Assembly: GCA_031414955.1 (NCBI GenBank)
Contig: JANOQV010000305.1
Coordinates: 15,885 to 79,884 of the forward strand
Direction: 5' to 3'
From: Pedosphaera sp.
GTDB taxonomy: Bacteria; Verrucomicrobiota; Verrucomicrobiia; Limisphaerales; SIBH01
Length of the DNA stretch: 64,000 nt
Below are positions 38,027-47,777 of the stretch, piece by piece. The first letter of the stretch is position 1. Every line of letters starts with the position of its first letter. The position numbers and the translations under genes were made by a program. The notes beneath the pieces were generated by a model that was not told where the DNA came from, ran no database searches, and saw nothing but the letters and a program-made list of their open reading frames with translations.

Positions 38027-39403
38027 ATGAAAAGGCATTCAGCACTCAGCATCAATCGTCGGCAGTTCATCCAACGCACCGGCGCGGGCGTGGCCTTGTT
38101 CAACATTCTGCCGGGCAGTTTGTTGAAGGGAGCCGACGCTACTACGCCCAACGCCAAGCTCAACGTGGCCGGCATCGGCATCGGCAGCCGGGGCGGCGCC
38201 GACGTGGGCGAGGTCGCGGGATTGGGGCATAATTTCGTCGCGCTGTGTGACGTGGATGACAAGTACGCGGCCAAGGAGTTCGCCAAGTATCCGAAGGCGA
38301 AGCAGTTCAAAGATTATCGCGTGATGCTCGACAAGATGGGCAAGGAGATCGACGCGGTGGTGATCGGCACGCCCGACCATACGCACGCCGTCATCGCCAT
38401 GGAAGCGATGCGCCGGGGCAAGCATGTCTATTGCGAGAAGCCGCTGGCCCACACCGTGCATGAGGTGCGCGAACTGATGGCGGCGGCGCGCAAGTACAAG
38501 GTGGTGACGCAACTCGGTAACCAAGGGCATTCGAGCGATTCCATCCGGCGCGTGTGCGAGTGGGTGTGGGCCGGGGCCATCGGGAAGGTCCACACGATTC
38601 ATGCCGGCTGCAATGCGTTCAAGAATGTCTATTGCCAGATCCCGAACCTCGCCAAGCTGGACCAGAAGCATGAGGTGCCGGCGACGCTCGACTACGATCT
38701 GTGGGTGGGACCAGTGGAGTTTCGGCCGTACTCGCCGCTCTGGGTGCCGTGGAATTGGCGCGGGTGGATGCACTTTGGCGGCGGGACGATTGGCGACTGG
38801 ATTTGCCATGTGGTGGACCCGGCTTACTGGGCGCTGGACCTGGACGCACCGACCACGGTGCAGGCGGAAGTCACGGACTACGATGTGGCGAAGCACGGGC
38901 AGACTTATCCCTCGGCCACGAAGATCACGTTCGAGTTTCCGGCCAAGAAGGAGCGCGGCGCGGTCAAACTCGTCTGGCACGACGGCAACATGGAGATTCC
39001 CAAGCCCGCCGACTTCCCCGGCGATGAGAAGGTGCCGAGCACCGGCGCGATTCTCTTCGGCGACAAGGGAATGATTGTTCACGGCTCGCACGGCGGCGGC
39101 GGTTGTCATTTGCTCCCGGACAAACTGATGGAGCAGTTCTCCGGCAAGAACGCGCCGGAGAAAAAAATCACGCGAGTCAAAGGCCATGCGTGGGATTGGA
39201 TCGAGGCCATCCGCACCGGGCGCCAGGCGGGTTCGGACTTCTCTTACGGCGGGCCGCTCACGCAGGTGGCCTTGCTGGGCTTGATCGCCATCCGGTTCCC
39301 TGGTCAGAAGCTGGAGTGGGACGACAAGGGGATGAAGTTCACGAACAACAAAGCCGCCAACGCCTTGCTTCGTTCAACCTATCGGCGCGGGTGGAAATTG
39401 TGA
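38027..39403 (+). CDS. Gfo/Idh/MocA oxidoreductase, Tat-exported
   Basis: NRRQFI Tat motif, GTPDHTH, HVYCEKPL and GDWICH. Confidence 0.9.
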   Translation: MKRHSALSINRRQFIQRTGAGVALFNILPGSLLKGADATTPNAKLNVAGIGIGSRGGADVGEVAGLGHNFVALCDVDDKYAAKEFAKYPKAKQFKDYRVMLDKMGKEIDAVVIGTPDHTHAVIAMEAMRRGKHVYCEKPLAHTVHEVRELMAAARKYKVVTQLGNQGHSSDSIRRVCEWVWAGAIGKVHTIHAGCNAFKNVYCQIPNLAKLDQKHEVPATLDYDLWVGPVEFRPYSPLWVPWNWRGWMHFGGGTIGDWICHVVDPAYWALDLDAPTTVQAEVTDYDVAKHGQTYPSATKITFEFPAKKERGAVKLVWHDGNMEIPKPADFPGDEKVPSTGAILFGDKGMIVHGSHGGGGCHLLPDKLMEQFSGKNAPEKKITRVKGHAWDWIEAIRTGRQAGSDFSYGGPLTQVALLGLIAIRFPGQKLEWDDKGMKFTNNKAANALLRSTYRRGWKL

Positions 39404-39410
39404 GATTAGC

Positions 39411-41504
39411 ATGATGAAACCTTTCGCGACCTTTTTGCTGGCCGCGGCGCTGGCGGTGCATGCGGCGGACGAAGCGATGTTCGTCACCATCCCGCTGGAC
39501 CAGGCGAGCGGAGCGAAGGCGCTGGCGAGTTATCCGGCGACGGACGGCTGGTCGGCGGTCCCGCAAGGTCATCGGGTTTACCAGGGTGTGCCGTTCGAGG
39601 TGCTGACCAAAGTGCAACTCGCGGGTAACACCGATTCGAAGGACGGCCGCCTTTATGTCGCGCGGAGCCTGGGCGTTCCGGTGGGGGAGAAGCTGGCCCG
39701 GCTCCATCTGCTGCACGCCGCGAACATCACCGGACGGCCCGACCAACCGGTGGCGGCGCTGCGTTTGCACTACGCGAACGGCGCGACGCAAACGCTGTTC
39801 ATCACCTACGGCGTCCATGTGCGGAACTATTACAAGGATAACGAGGAGGACACGGTAACGGATCGCCATTCGCGCTCCGTTTGGATCTTGGCCCGGCCCA
39901 AGTATCCCGGCTCGTTTAACCGGCTCTACACGACCACTTTCAATCTGCGCACCGATTCGGATTTGGACCGCATCGATGCCTACTCGCTCTTTGGCCGAAG
40001 CTCCTATTTGCTCCTGGCCCTGACGGGTGAAACCGCGAGCGGTCCCGCGACTGCCACCCTCACGCCTTCCGGCGACGATTCCAAATATCGCGACGAGCTG
40101 TCACTGAAGGTGACGGACCAGGAGGGCAATCTGATCGGCGGGGCGTCCGTGCGGGGCGTCGCGCTGGAGACCACCAACAAGGTCACGACGCTGGGGCGGA
40201 TGGATGACGCGGCCAGCGAGGCCGGGAATGTGCCGGTGGATTTTCCGGCGGGAACGCGGGACTTGCGGCTCGTGGTCTCGGCCAAGGATTTTGTGTCGGA
40301 CGAAAAGGTTCTGACCGCGCCGGATGGAAAGTTTTCTCGGAACGTGAACGTGCGGCTCGAACGGGGGGCGCGCGTCGGCGGAGTGGTGAAAGACCAGTCC
40401 GGCCAACCCGTCGAGAAAGCCAGGGTGAGCATTTACCGGGTGACGAACGAGAGCAAAGACGAGCCGCTCCGCTACGCCGAAAGCACGACGGACAAGCGTG
40501 GGCGCTGGTCGACGCGCGAGGTTCCAGAGTCATTGGAGAACTTGCGCTTCCAGATCACGCACAAGGATTTCCGCCCGATGGAAGTGGAGTTCTCCGGGGA
40601 AGGCAGTGGTGCGTTGACTCGCCAGGCGCTGCTCTCTTCCAAGGCCGAATTTCAGTTCGCGCCCGCCCCGACTGTTTCCGGCACGGTGCGCGACACGGCT
40701 GGGCAGCCTCTCGCGGGCATCGAAGTGACGCTGCTTCGCACCAACACCGACAAGACCACGTTCACTGATCAGGTGCGCACCGATGCCGTAGGGCGCTTTG
40801 CCTTTCGAGCCGTCGAAGCCAGTCGCGTCAGGCTCATGGTGAACGATCCTCGCTTTGCGCCCACGGCCTACCTGGTCAAGCTCGATCAGCCGCCGGCTCC
40901 TCTCGCCATCACGCTTACGTCCGGCCAGTCGCTCAAGCTGCGTGCGGTCGAGGCTCCGACGCGGCTGAATCGTGCCATCGGCCCGCCCATTCCGCGTGTC
41001 ATTTTCAGCGTGGTCGATGCCGGCTCGATCAGCTTCTTGCGCACCAATGCCGACTTCCAGGGCAAGGCGGTGTGGGAAAAGCCGCTGCAACATTCCTCCG
41101 AGACCACCAATGGCGTGGAAGGCAAAATCCTGGTTCGTACCGAGCGGGTCGGCGGATACCGGGCCGGGGCGAAGTGGATCGATCCGAACGCGGGCGAAGC
41201 GCTGATTACCATGGAGAAATGGATTCCGTGGAAGATTCGTGCGATCGATGCGGACACCAAACAGCCCATCATGAACTTCACCACCCTGAACAGCCGTCCG
41301 CCCACTTTCCAGGACAAGTTTGGCCCGTCCCGGGCCGTGAATGGCGAAGCGCTCGGTGGTTATTTCGCCGAGACCTTCATCCACGAACGCGTCCTGACCA
41401 TCGAAGCCGAAGGCTACGAAACGCTGCGCTTTCCGCTCCTGCCCGAACTGGGCGCGACGAATACTTACGAGCTGAAGCTGAAGCCTGCCGGCGCGAAGCT
41501 GTGA
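39411..41504 (+). CDS. Secreted protein with carboxypeptidase-regulatory-like repeats
   Basis: Signal peptide, repeated G.V.D..GQP....V and TD..GR[WF] motifs, and an N-terminal beta-sandwich (GVPFEV...LHLLHA). Confidence 0.75.
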   Translation: MMKPFATFLLAAALAVHAADEAMFVTIPLDQASGAKALASYPATDGWSAVPQGHRVYQGVPFEVLTKVQLAGNTDSKDGRLYVARSLGVPVGEKLARLHLLHAANITGRPDQPVAALRLHYANGATQTLFITYGVHVRNYYKDNEEDTVTDRHSRSVWILARPKYPGSFNRLYTTTFNLRTDSDLDRIDAYSLFGRSSYLLLALTGETASGPATATLTPSGDDSKYRDELSLKVTDQEGNLIGGASVRGVALETTNKVTTLGRMDDAASEAGNVPVDFPAGTRDLRLVVSAKDFVSDEKVLTAPDGKFSRNVNVRLERGARVGGVVKDQSGQPVEKARVSIYRVTNESKDEPLRYAESTTDKRGRWSTREVPESLENLRFQITHKDFRPMEVEFSGEGSGALTRQALLSSKAEFQFAPAPTVSGTVRDTAGQPLAGIEVTLLRTNTDKTTFTDQVRTDAVGRFAFRAVEASRVRLMVNDPRFAPTAYLVKLDQPPAPLAITLTSGQSLKLRAVEAPTRLNRAIGPPIPRVIFSVVDAGSISFLRTNADFQGKAVWEKPLQHSSETTNGVEGKILVRTERVGGYRAGAKWIDPNAGEALITMEKWIPWKIRAIDADTKQPIMNFTTLNSRPPTFQDKFGPSRAVNGEALGGYFAETFIHERVLTIEAEGYETLRFPLLPELGATNTYELKLKPAGAKL

Positions 41505-41636
41505 GTGGTGAACGAGTCGCGAGACCGTCCAGGTTGCCGTGGGGAAGGCGGGGGCGGCCTTGAATGCGAACAGTTTCTTGCAGCGCTCATACAAATCTCT
41601 CCGGCAGAGGTGTCTTCTATTTGACGGCTAACACTT

Positions 41637-43115
41637 ATGGAAAAACCAACGCGCGATTCGGAACCGGCGGGCCCGCCAGTCCGCAGGTATTTTTGGTGGC
41701 TGATCGGCGGCTGTGCGGTCGTTTTGCTTGTCGCGATGCTGTGGCCGAGACGGCCCGCACTGCGTGCTGATGCTTCCGGTGCCGCGTCGATCACCGCCAC
41801 AGGATCCTCCTCCAGTTCCGGCAGGGTCGCACCGGCGCATCCGTTTGCGCGCCGTTCCAGTTCGCCCGCAGCTCACCCAGCGGACGGGCTGACGGCGGAA
41901 GAAATCGTCACCAACAAAGTCGTCCAGTTCGCCCGCAACCGGCGCAAGCTCATGCACGACATGGCGGGCCGGTTGAAAGTGAAGGTGCCGCCGAAACTCG
42001 ATGAGTTTTTCACCACAGCGGAGTCCGGTAAATGGGAGGACATAGAGGCTGCGTTCAAATCACTTGCCGCCTACAAGACCAATCTCATCGAGGCAGCCGA
42101 GAAAAACAGGGATGCGGCCGGCAAATTCGGTCCCGAGGACGAAGCGTGGGCCTTGGCGAATCTCTGGCCGTCGGTGACGGAAATGCACGGCGTGGCAGAG
42201 GCGGCGCACACCTGGCCCGCGCAGCGCCTGCTCGATTATGGGAACGCCATTCTCGACTCCCTGCGTCCTGGCACGGTCTATCTCGGCGGCACGGACGCGG
42301 GCCGCTACATTCCGACCCTGCTGAACGAAACCAGCGAGGGCGAGCGGCATGTCGTCCTGACCCAGAACGCCTTCGCGGATGGAACCTACCTCGAGTACAC
42401 GCGGGCGCTTTACGGTGATCGCCTGGCCACGTTGACGGCGGAGGATTCTCAACGCGGCTTTCAGGAGTACATGGCCGACGCTCAGAAACGCATGAAGCAC
42501 GATCAGGAATTCCCCAACGAACCGAAGCAGCTTCGCCCCGGTGAAAACGTGCGCGTTGACAACAACCGCATGCAAATCTCCGGGCAAGTCGCCGTCATGG
42601 CGATCAATGATCGCCTGGTGCAAATCCTGATGGAGAAGAATCCCGGTGTGCCGTTCGCCATCGAGCAAGGTTTCCCGCTCAACTCCACCTACGCCGGAGC
42701 GACGCCGCTCGGTCCCATCATGGAACTGGGTTCACCGAACCAGCCCAGTGCCATTACCGCCGAACGCGCGACCCAGGCCGTGGATTACTGGCGCAATGCC
42801 GCGCAGCAGTTGAACGCCGATACGACGGCGAACGACTCGCTCGCCATTCGCAACGCCTACGCCAAGATGGCTTCCGAGCAGGGTGCGCTGCTGCTCGCCC
42901 GTGACCACGCGCCCGCGGCCGAACAGGCCTTCCGCATCGCCACAGAAATTTCCCCCGGCCAGGCGGACGCTGTCTCCGGCTACGTGAAGTATCTGGGCGA
43001 GCGCGGCCGGTTCGACGAAGCCATCCAAGTTTTGGAGAACGCCTTGAAGGCAGCACCGGATAACAAACAGTTCCGGGAGGGTGCGGAGCGTTTGCGGAAC
43101 CGGAAGAAGCCGTGA
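41637..43115 (+). CDS. Membrane-anchored protein with C-terminal TPRs; middle region resembles the soluble part of DUF2723/TMEM260-like proteins
   Basis: Single N-terminal TM, motifs GGTDAGRYIPT, TQNAFADGTYL and QISGQVAVMAIN, and TPRs at the C-terminus. The family link is from recall only. Confidence 0.7.
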   Translation: MEKPTRDSEPAGPPVRRYFWWLIGGCAVVLLVAMLWPRRPALRADASGAASITATGSSSSSGRVAPAHPFARRSSSPAAHPADGLTAEEIVTNKVVQFARNRRKLMHDMAGRLKVKVPPKLDEFFTTAESGKWEDIEAAFKSLAAYKTNLIEAAEKNRDAAGKFGPEDEAWALANLWPSVTEMHGVAEAAHTWPAQRLLDYGNAILDSLRPGTVYLGGTDAGRYIPTLLNETSEGERHVVLTQNAFADGTYLEYTRALYGDRLATLTAEDSQRGFQEYMADAQKRMKHDQEFPNEPKQLRPGENVRVDNNRMQISGQVAVMAINDRLVQILMEKNPGVPFAIEQGFPLNSTYAGATPLGPIMELGSPNQPSAITAERATQAVDYWRNAAQQLNADTTANDSLAIRNAYAKMASEQGALLLARDHAPAAEQAFRIATEISPGQADAVSGYVKYLGERGRFDEAIQVLENALKAAPDNKQFREGAERLRNRKKP

Positions 43116-43268
43116 GCACTCGGCAGCGGGCTGGTCTCCAATACCCATTTAGCTCGGTCATTACCTAGTTGGCAGGAATTTCCTCGGCAGATTGGAAAGA
43201 GCGCGCTCCGTCGCAGCTTCTTCAGGAAACGGCGTTGCGCCACACAGGCGGCTCTGTTTCGCTTCGCC

Positions 43269-44474
43269 ATCAATATCGCGATCATCGGCGGCGGTCCGGC
43301 GGGACTGCGCGCGGCAGAAGTTGCGGCGGCGGGGGGCGGGTCCGTGATGCTCTTTGACGCCAAGCCGTCGGTGGGTCGGAAATTTCTCGTGGCCGGTCGC
43401 GGTGGCCTCAATCTCACCCACGCCGAACCTTGCGAACGCTTCGCCACCCGCTACACCGGGCCGGGGCAACCACCCGGAGTGTGGGCAAAGCTCCTCGCTG
43501 AATTTGATCCCGACATGCTGCGGAAATGGGCGGCCGAACTCGGCGTGGAAACTTTTGCCGCGACGAGCGGACGTGTTTATCCGCGTGAACTCAAGGCCGC
43601 GCCGTTGCTGCGCCGCTGGGTGCATCGGCTGCGGGAAACCGGCGTGCGTTTTGCTCTGCGCCATCGCTGGACCGGACTCCGGCCGGGCGCGCGATGGCAG
43701 GTGGATTTCCTAGTTGAGGGCAAGGTTCGCACGGTGGAAGCCGACGCGGTAATCCTCGCGCTCGGCGGCGGCGCGTGGCCGGAGACGGGGTCGGATGGCG
43801 CGTGGGTTTCGGCCCTGGAGCGAGATGGTGTGGAGGTCGCGCCATTGATTGCGGCCAATTGCGGTTGGGAACTCGCCTGGCCGTCCGCCGTGCTCGCGCA
43901 GGCGGAAGGCCAGCCGCTCAAGAACATCACTGCCCGTGCGGGTGAAACCACGGCGTCGGGTGAACTCCTCGTGACTAAATACGGCCTGGAGGGCGGCGTG
44001 ATTTACCAGCTCGGCCCGGCTCTGCGCGCCCTGCCGGAGCCGGAGATCGTCATTGATTTCAAACCTGCCCACACGGTCGAGCAACTCGTGCGGAAACTGG
44101 GCCATTGTCCTCGCAACTTCCTCGCCGAAGCGCGTTCACGCTGGAAGCTCTCCGCCGCCGCTTTTGCCATTCTGGAAAATCTCCCGGGGTCTGAGCCGTT
44201 CACTTCGGCCGAGTCGCTCGCTACGACTGTGAAAGGTTGCACGATGCGACTCACCGGGCCGCGACCGATGGCGGAGGCAATTTCCTCGGCCGGCGGTGTT
44301 CGTTGGAGTGAACTGGATGCCTCGCTCATGCTGCGCCGGCTGCCGGGTGTTTTTGTCGCCGGGGAAATGATCGACTGGGACGCGCCGACGGGCGGCTATC
44401 TCATGCAGGGCTGCTTTGCCACCGGCACCCGCGCCGCACGCAGTGCGTTGGAATGGCGGCGGGCCAGTGGTTGA
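43269..44474 (+). CDS. HI0933-like / TIGR03862 family NAD(P)/FAD-dependent flavoprotein
   Basis: In-frame INIAIIGGGPAGLRAAE upstream of the track start, then GRKFLVAGRGGLNLTH, AISSAGGV and GEMIDWDAPTGGYL. No ATG/GTG/TTG precedes the Rossmann motif. Confidence 0.85.
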   Translation: MNIAIIGGGPAGLRAAEVAAAGGGSVMLFDAKPSVGRKFLVAGRGGLNLTHAEPCERFATRYTGPGQPPGVWAKLLAEFDPDMLRKWAAELGVETFAATSGRVYPRELKAAPLLRRWVHRLRETGVRFALRHRWTGLRPGARWQVDFLVEGKVRTVEADAVILALGGGAWPETGSDGAWVSALERDGVEVAPLIAANCGWELAWPSAVLAQAEGQPLKNITARAGETTASGELLVTKYGLEGGVIYQLGPALRALPEPEIVIDFKPAHTVEQLVRKLGHCPRNFLAEARSRWKLSAAAFAILENLPGSEPFTSAESLATTVKGCTMRLTGPRPMAEAISSAGGVRWSELDASLMLRRLPGVFVAGEMIDWDAPTGGYLMQGCFATGTRAARSALEWRRASG

Positions 44475-44485
44475 ACCGTGTTTCT

Positions 44486-47158
44486 TTAATCGTCGACATC
44501 ATCCTTGGCCGGATGATTGAAGACGAACGCGGCGCGGCGCGGCGGCGGCATCACCGAGTCCTCGCCCTTCACGAACTGCCAGATCACTTCATTGAGCGCG
44601 AGATCATCGGCGGCATCTTCTTTGGTGAAATCCATCATGGCCGAGCGCCGGGCGCCGGGGGCACGCGGGCCATTGCGTGCGCTCAAATCAACTTGCGCCG
44701 GGCGGAGCGTGTAGGGCGTGAAGTCGGGCTTGCTGGTGAAGGACTTGAACATCGGGATGGCGGCGGCATCGAACTGCGACATGGGCTTGAGGCCGAGGAT
44801 CAGTTCCATCGTACGCAACATGCTGCTCGTGGAATACATCGTGGAATCCACGGAGCGGCGCTTGATGTAGGGGCTGATGGCGTAGGCAATGGTGCGGTGG
44901 GCATCGACGTGGTCGCTACCGTTTTGCGCGTCGTCCTCGACGACGAAGATGGCGCTCTCCTTCCAGAACTTGGAGTGGGAGATGGCTTCGACGATCATGC
45001 CGAAAGCCAGGTCGTTGTCGCCCATGGCGGCGATCGGAGTGTATTTGTTCGAAGTGGTGCCAGAGGTGTGATCGTTGCCGATGCGGAGGATTTGGAGACG
45101 CGGCATGTCGCCTTCCTTCTCGAAACGCTTCAGCTCGGAGATGAGGCGGTCGGCGCGGCGCACATCGAGATAGTCCATGTCGAAGCCGCGATACCACGGG
45201 TCGAAGTGGCCTTCGAGGGCCTTGACCCGGGTTCGGCCTGGGTCGTTGAGGGTCTTGCCGTTGCTGATAAATTCGCCGTAGCTTCGATAGCTCACCCCAG
45301 CTTCGCGCGCGCGGTCCCAGAGGTAGCCGCCCGCCGGAGTGGCAATGGGGAAATTGCCCTCGGCCGGGTACATGTATTTCTTGTGCGAATTGTGGCCGTA
45401 GCTGAGCGGCCAGATCTTTTCCACGAAGTCCGAGGCGTAGGCGCCCATGGTCCACTCGTGGCCGTCGGCGCTGACTTCGCTTTCCACGTAGAAATTGTCG
45501 AGCAGCACAAACTCGCGGGCCAGCGCGTGATGGTTGGGCGTCACCTTCTCGCCGAAAAGCGTGATGGTCGGATCGCCGTTGCCTTCCGGCATGTCACCCA
45601 GCACCTGATCGTAGGTGCGATTCTCCTTGATGATGTAGAACACGTACTTGATGGGCGAAGTTTCGCCCAGCGTGCGCGGGATGGGATTGCTCCAATGGTT
45701 GGTTCCGGGTTTCGGGTTTCGAGTTTCGGGTTGGTCGGCGGCGAGATTCGTCTCCTCCTCCTCCGCCACGACCACGTTGGTGCGGGCGTGGGCCGGCAGA
45801 CAGGAGTAGGCACGCGTGGTCCAGGTCTTCAACTGGGTATTGAACTTCTCGCCGGCCGGCAGGTCGATGATAGATAGCGAGCCTTGCATGAGGTGGGCGA
45901 TGTATTCCCGCACGCTGGCCGGAGCTTCGCGGCCGATGGCCGGGCCGTTACGGTTGGGTTTGGAGATAAGCCCCTTGCCGTTGGCTACGAGCAACTTCTT
46001 GCCGTCAGGCGTCACGCGCACGCTGGTCGGATACCAGCCGACTGGGATGAAGCCGATGGAGCCGCTCCGGCCCGGTGTGCTGACATCGAAGACCGCGACC
46101 GTGTTGATGTTGGCGTTGGCCACGAACAGATGCTTCTCATCCGGCGAGAGCGCGAGCGAGTTGGGCGTGTTGCCCGGCGGGGAATTCGGGAGCAGTTCCG
46201 CCACCAACGTCTCGACGGTTTTGCCCGTGTCGGTGTCGAGCACGGAGACTGAGTTGCGGTTGGCGTTGGCCACGTAGAGGTGTCTGCCGGATTTGCTCAG
46301 CAACATTTCATTCGGGTGTTCCTCAACGGACCAGCGCGTGACGAGTTGGCGTGTGTTCAAATCAATCACGGCCACGCAAGCCTGGGCCCAGAGGCTCACG
46401 TAGAGGCGCTGGCGCTTGTCATCGACCACGCAGCCGTAAGGGTAGGGGAGATCGGAGCGCGCATCGGAGAGGGCGGCCTCGGCGCGTTTGGTGATGGCCG
46501 CCTCGTCCTCGGTGGCGGTGGAATTGGTGCCGAAGGCGAGCAGGGCGTTCGTGCTGAACAGGGTTTCGCCGTTGGTCTTCCCATCCGTGAGCCCGACGTA
46601 GCTGACTCGATGGCCGAACAGGTTGGCCACATAAAGATTCTGGCCATCGCGGCTCAGGGCCAGGCCTGCGGGCACGCTGCGCAGCTTGCGTTCGCGCAGC
46701 GCGATTTGTTGATGTCCGCTCAGATAACCTTCCTCAAAGTCAAAGGCGTGAACCACTTCATCACCCGCGCCGCTGCAAAAGAGGCGGCGGCCATCGGGCG
46801 CGAATGCGAGGCCGTAGAAAGATTCCTCGACCGAGACGCGGGACACGACCCGCACGCTGTTGGTCTTCAAGTCCACGATAATGATCTCGTTCTCGCTGTT
46901 GCCGGAATGCAGCACGGCGGCGTGGCGGCCGTTGGGCGAGACGGCGATGTTGACCGGGAAGTCGCCCAGCGCGATCTGCCGGCCGACCGGCCGGAGCGAC
47001 CACTGATTGGGCAGCAGCACCGAGCCATCCCGTTTGGCGCCGGGCACATCCGGCACGCCGCGCGCGAGATCGCGCTGGGTCAGGGTCGGGCGCGAACTGG
47101 AACAGGCGCCGAGAATGACGAGTAAAGTCGCGGCGAGGCCGCTCACAAAGTGCTTCAT
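44486..47158 (-). CDS. Lipoprotein, YncE beta-propeller + phosphoesterase/alkaline-phosphatase-superfamily fusion
   Basis: Lipobox LGAC, propeller repeats (SPNG, SPDE, TPDG), IKYVFYIIKENRTYDQVLGD, SADGHEW and EDDAQNGSDHVDAHR. ATG at 47158. Confidence 0.9.
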   Translation of the reverse strand: MKHFVSGLAATLLVILGACSSSRPTLTQRDLARGVPDVPGAKRDGSVLLPNQWSLRPVGRQIALGDFPVNIAVSPNGRHAAVLHSGNSENEIIIVDLKTNSVRVVSRVSVEESFYGLAFAPDGRRLFCSGAGDEVVHAFDFEEGYLSGHQQIALRERKLRSVPAGLALSRDGQNLYVANLFGHRVSYVGLTDGKTNGETLFSTNALLAFGTNSTATEDEAAITKRAEAALSDARSDLPYPYGCVVDDKRQRLYVSLWAQACVAVIDLNTRQLVTRWSVEEHPNEMLLSKSGRHLYVANANRNSVSVLDTDTGKTVETLVAELLPNSPPGNTPNSLALSPDEKHLFVANANINTVAVFDVSTPGRSGSIGFIPVGWYPTSVRVTPDGKKLLVANGKGLISKPNRNGPAIGREAPASVREYIAHLMQGSLSIIDLPAGEKFNTQLKTWTTRAYSCLPAHARTNVVVAEEEETNLAADQPETRNPKPGTNHWSNPIPRTLGETSPIKYVFYIIKENRTYDQVLGDMPEGNGDPTITLFGEKVTPNHHALAREFVLLDNFYVESEVSADGHEWTMGAYASDFVEKIWPLSYGHNSHKKYMYPAEGNFPIATPAGGYLWDRAREAGVSYRSYGEFISNGKTLNDPGRTRVKALEGHFDPWYRGFDMDYLDVRRADRLISELKRFEKEGDMPRLQILRIGNDHTSGTTSNKYTPIAAMGDNDLAFGMIVEAISHSKFWKESAIFVVEDDAQNGSDHVDAHRTIAYAISPYIKRRSVDSTMYSTSSMLRTMELILGLKPMSQFDAAAIPMFKSFTSKPDFTPYTLRPAQVDLSARNGPRAPGARRSAMMDFTKEDAADDLALNEVIWQFVKGEDSVMPPPRRAAFVFNHPAKDDVDD
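45701..45732. repeat. In-frame heptamer array
   Basis: ggttccg-ggtttcg-ggtttcg-agtttcg-ggtt, encoding QPETRNPKPGT in an interdomain linker. Confidence 0.75.
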
Positions 47159-47284
47159 AGAATGGCCGTGGTTATCTCCGAAGCCCTTATCGGTTGCAAC
47201 GGGAGAGAAGGTTTGTGAACGGCGGCTGCCTTCCACAACGCCCCTCGACAGCCGGCCATGCCTCGTTAGCCTCGCGCCTCGAAC

Positions 47285-47749
47285 ATGGCTGTTGTCTCCG
47301 GCATTTTCTCGAAGCGCCGCTTCATCCTCGGCGGCGCGGCGGCGGTGTGGCTGCTCTTCGCCGCCTCTTTCCTGATGCCTGTGATGCAGGACGCGAACAT
47401 GCTCGGCTGGCAGGCCTTCTGGTTTTATCTGAGCAAGACTTTGGACCCGGTGGATTTCTGGCGGCATGTGCAGACCGATCCGGTGGACGCGCTGGTGGTT
47501 ACCTTCACCTCGACGAACGGTTCCATGCTCCTCGCGCCGGTGCTGCTCTGGCGCGGGTCGCGCTGGTCCGCGTGGCTGGGTTTCTTTTTGGTGCTCGGCG
47601 GGTTGGTGCCGTGCGTGGCTTTCCACGAGATGGTCGTGAAAAATGAATTGCGCTGCGGCTTCTACTGCTGGGTCGGCAGCATTTTTCTCATGGCCGGCGC
47701 GGGCTTTTGGAACTGGCTCTGGTACCGACGCCAGGCTGGGCGCAGGTGA
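47285..47749 (+). CDS. Hypothetical integral membrane protein
   Basis: 154 aa with ~4 hydrophobic segments; fills the gap between neighbouring genes. Confidence 0.7.
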   Translation: MAVVSGIFSKRRFILGGAAAVWLLFAASFLMPVMQDANMLGWQAFWFYLSKTLDPVDFWRHVQTDPVDALVVTFTSTNGSMLLAPVLLWRGSRWSAWLGFFLVLGGLVPCVAFHEMVVKNELRCGFYCWVGSIFLMAGAGFWNWLWYRRQAGRR

Positions 47750-47777
47750 GCCGCGGGTTGCGCGCAGGATTTTTCTG

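Noticed and set aside
37870..38310. Overlapping N-terminal extensions of the PVC protein and the Gfo/Idh/MocA ORF
   Set aside because: True starts at 37869 (-) and 38027 (+) are marked by signal peptides, so there is no real overlap.
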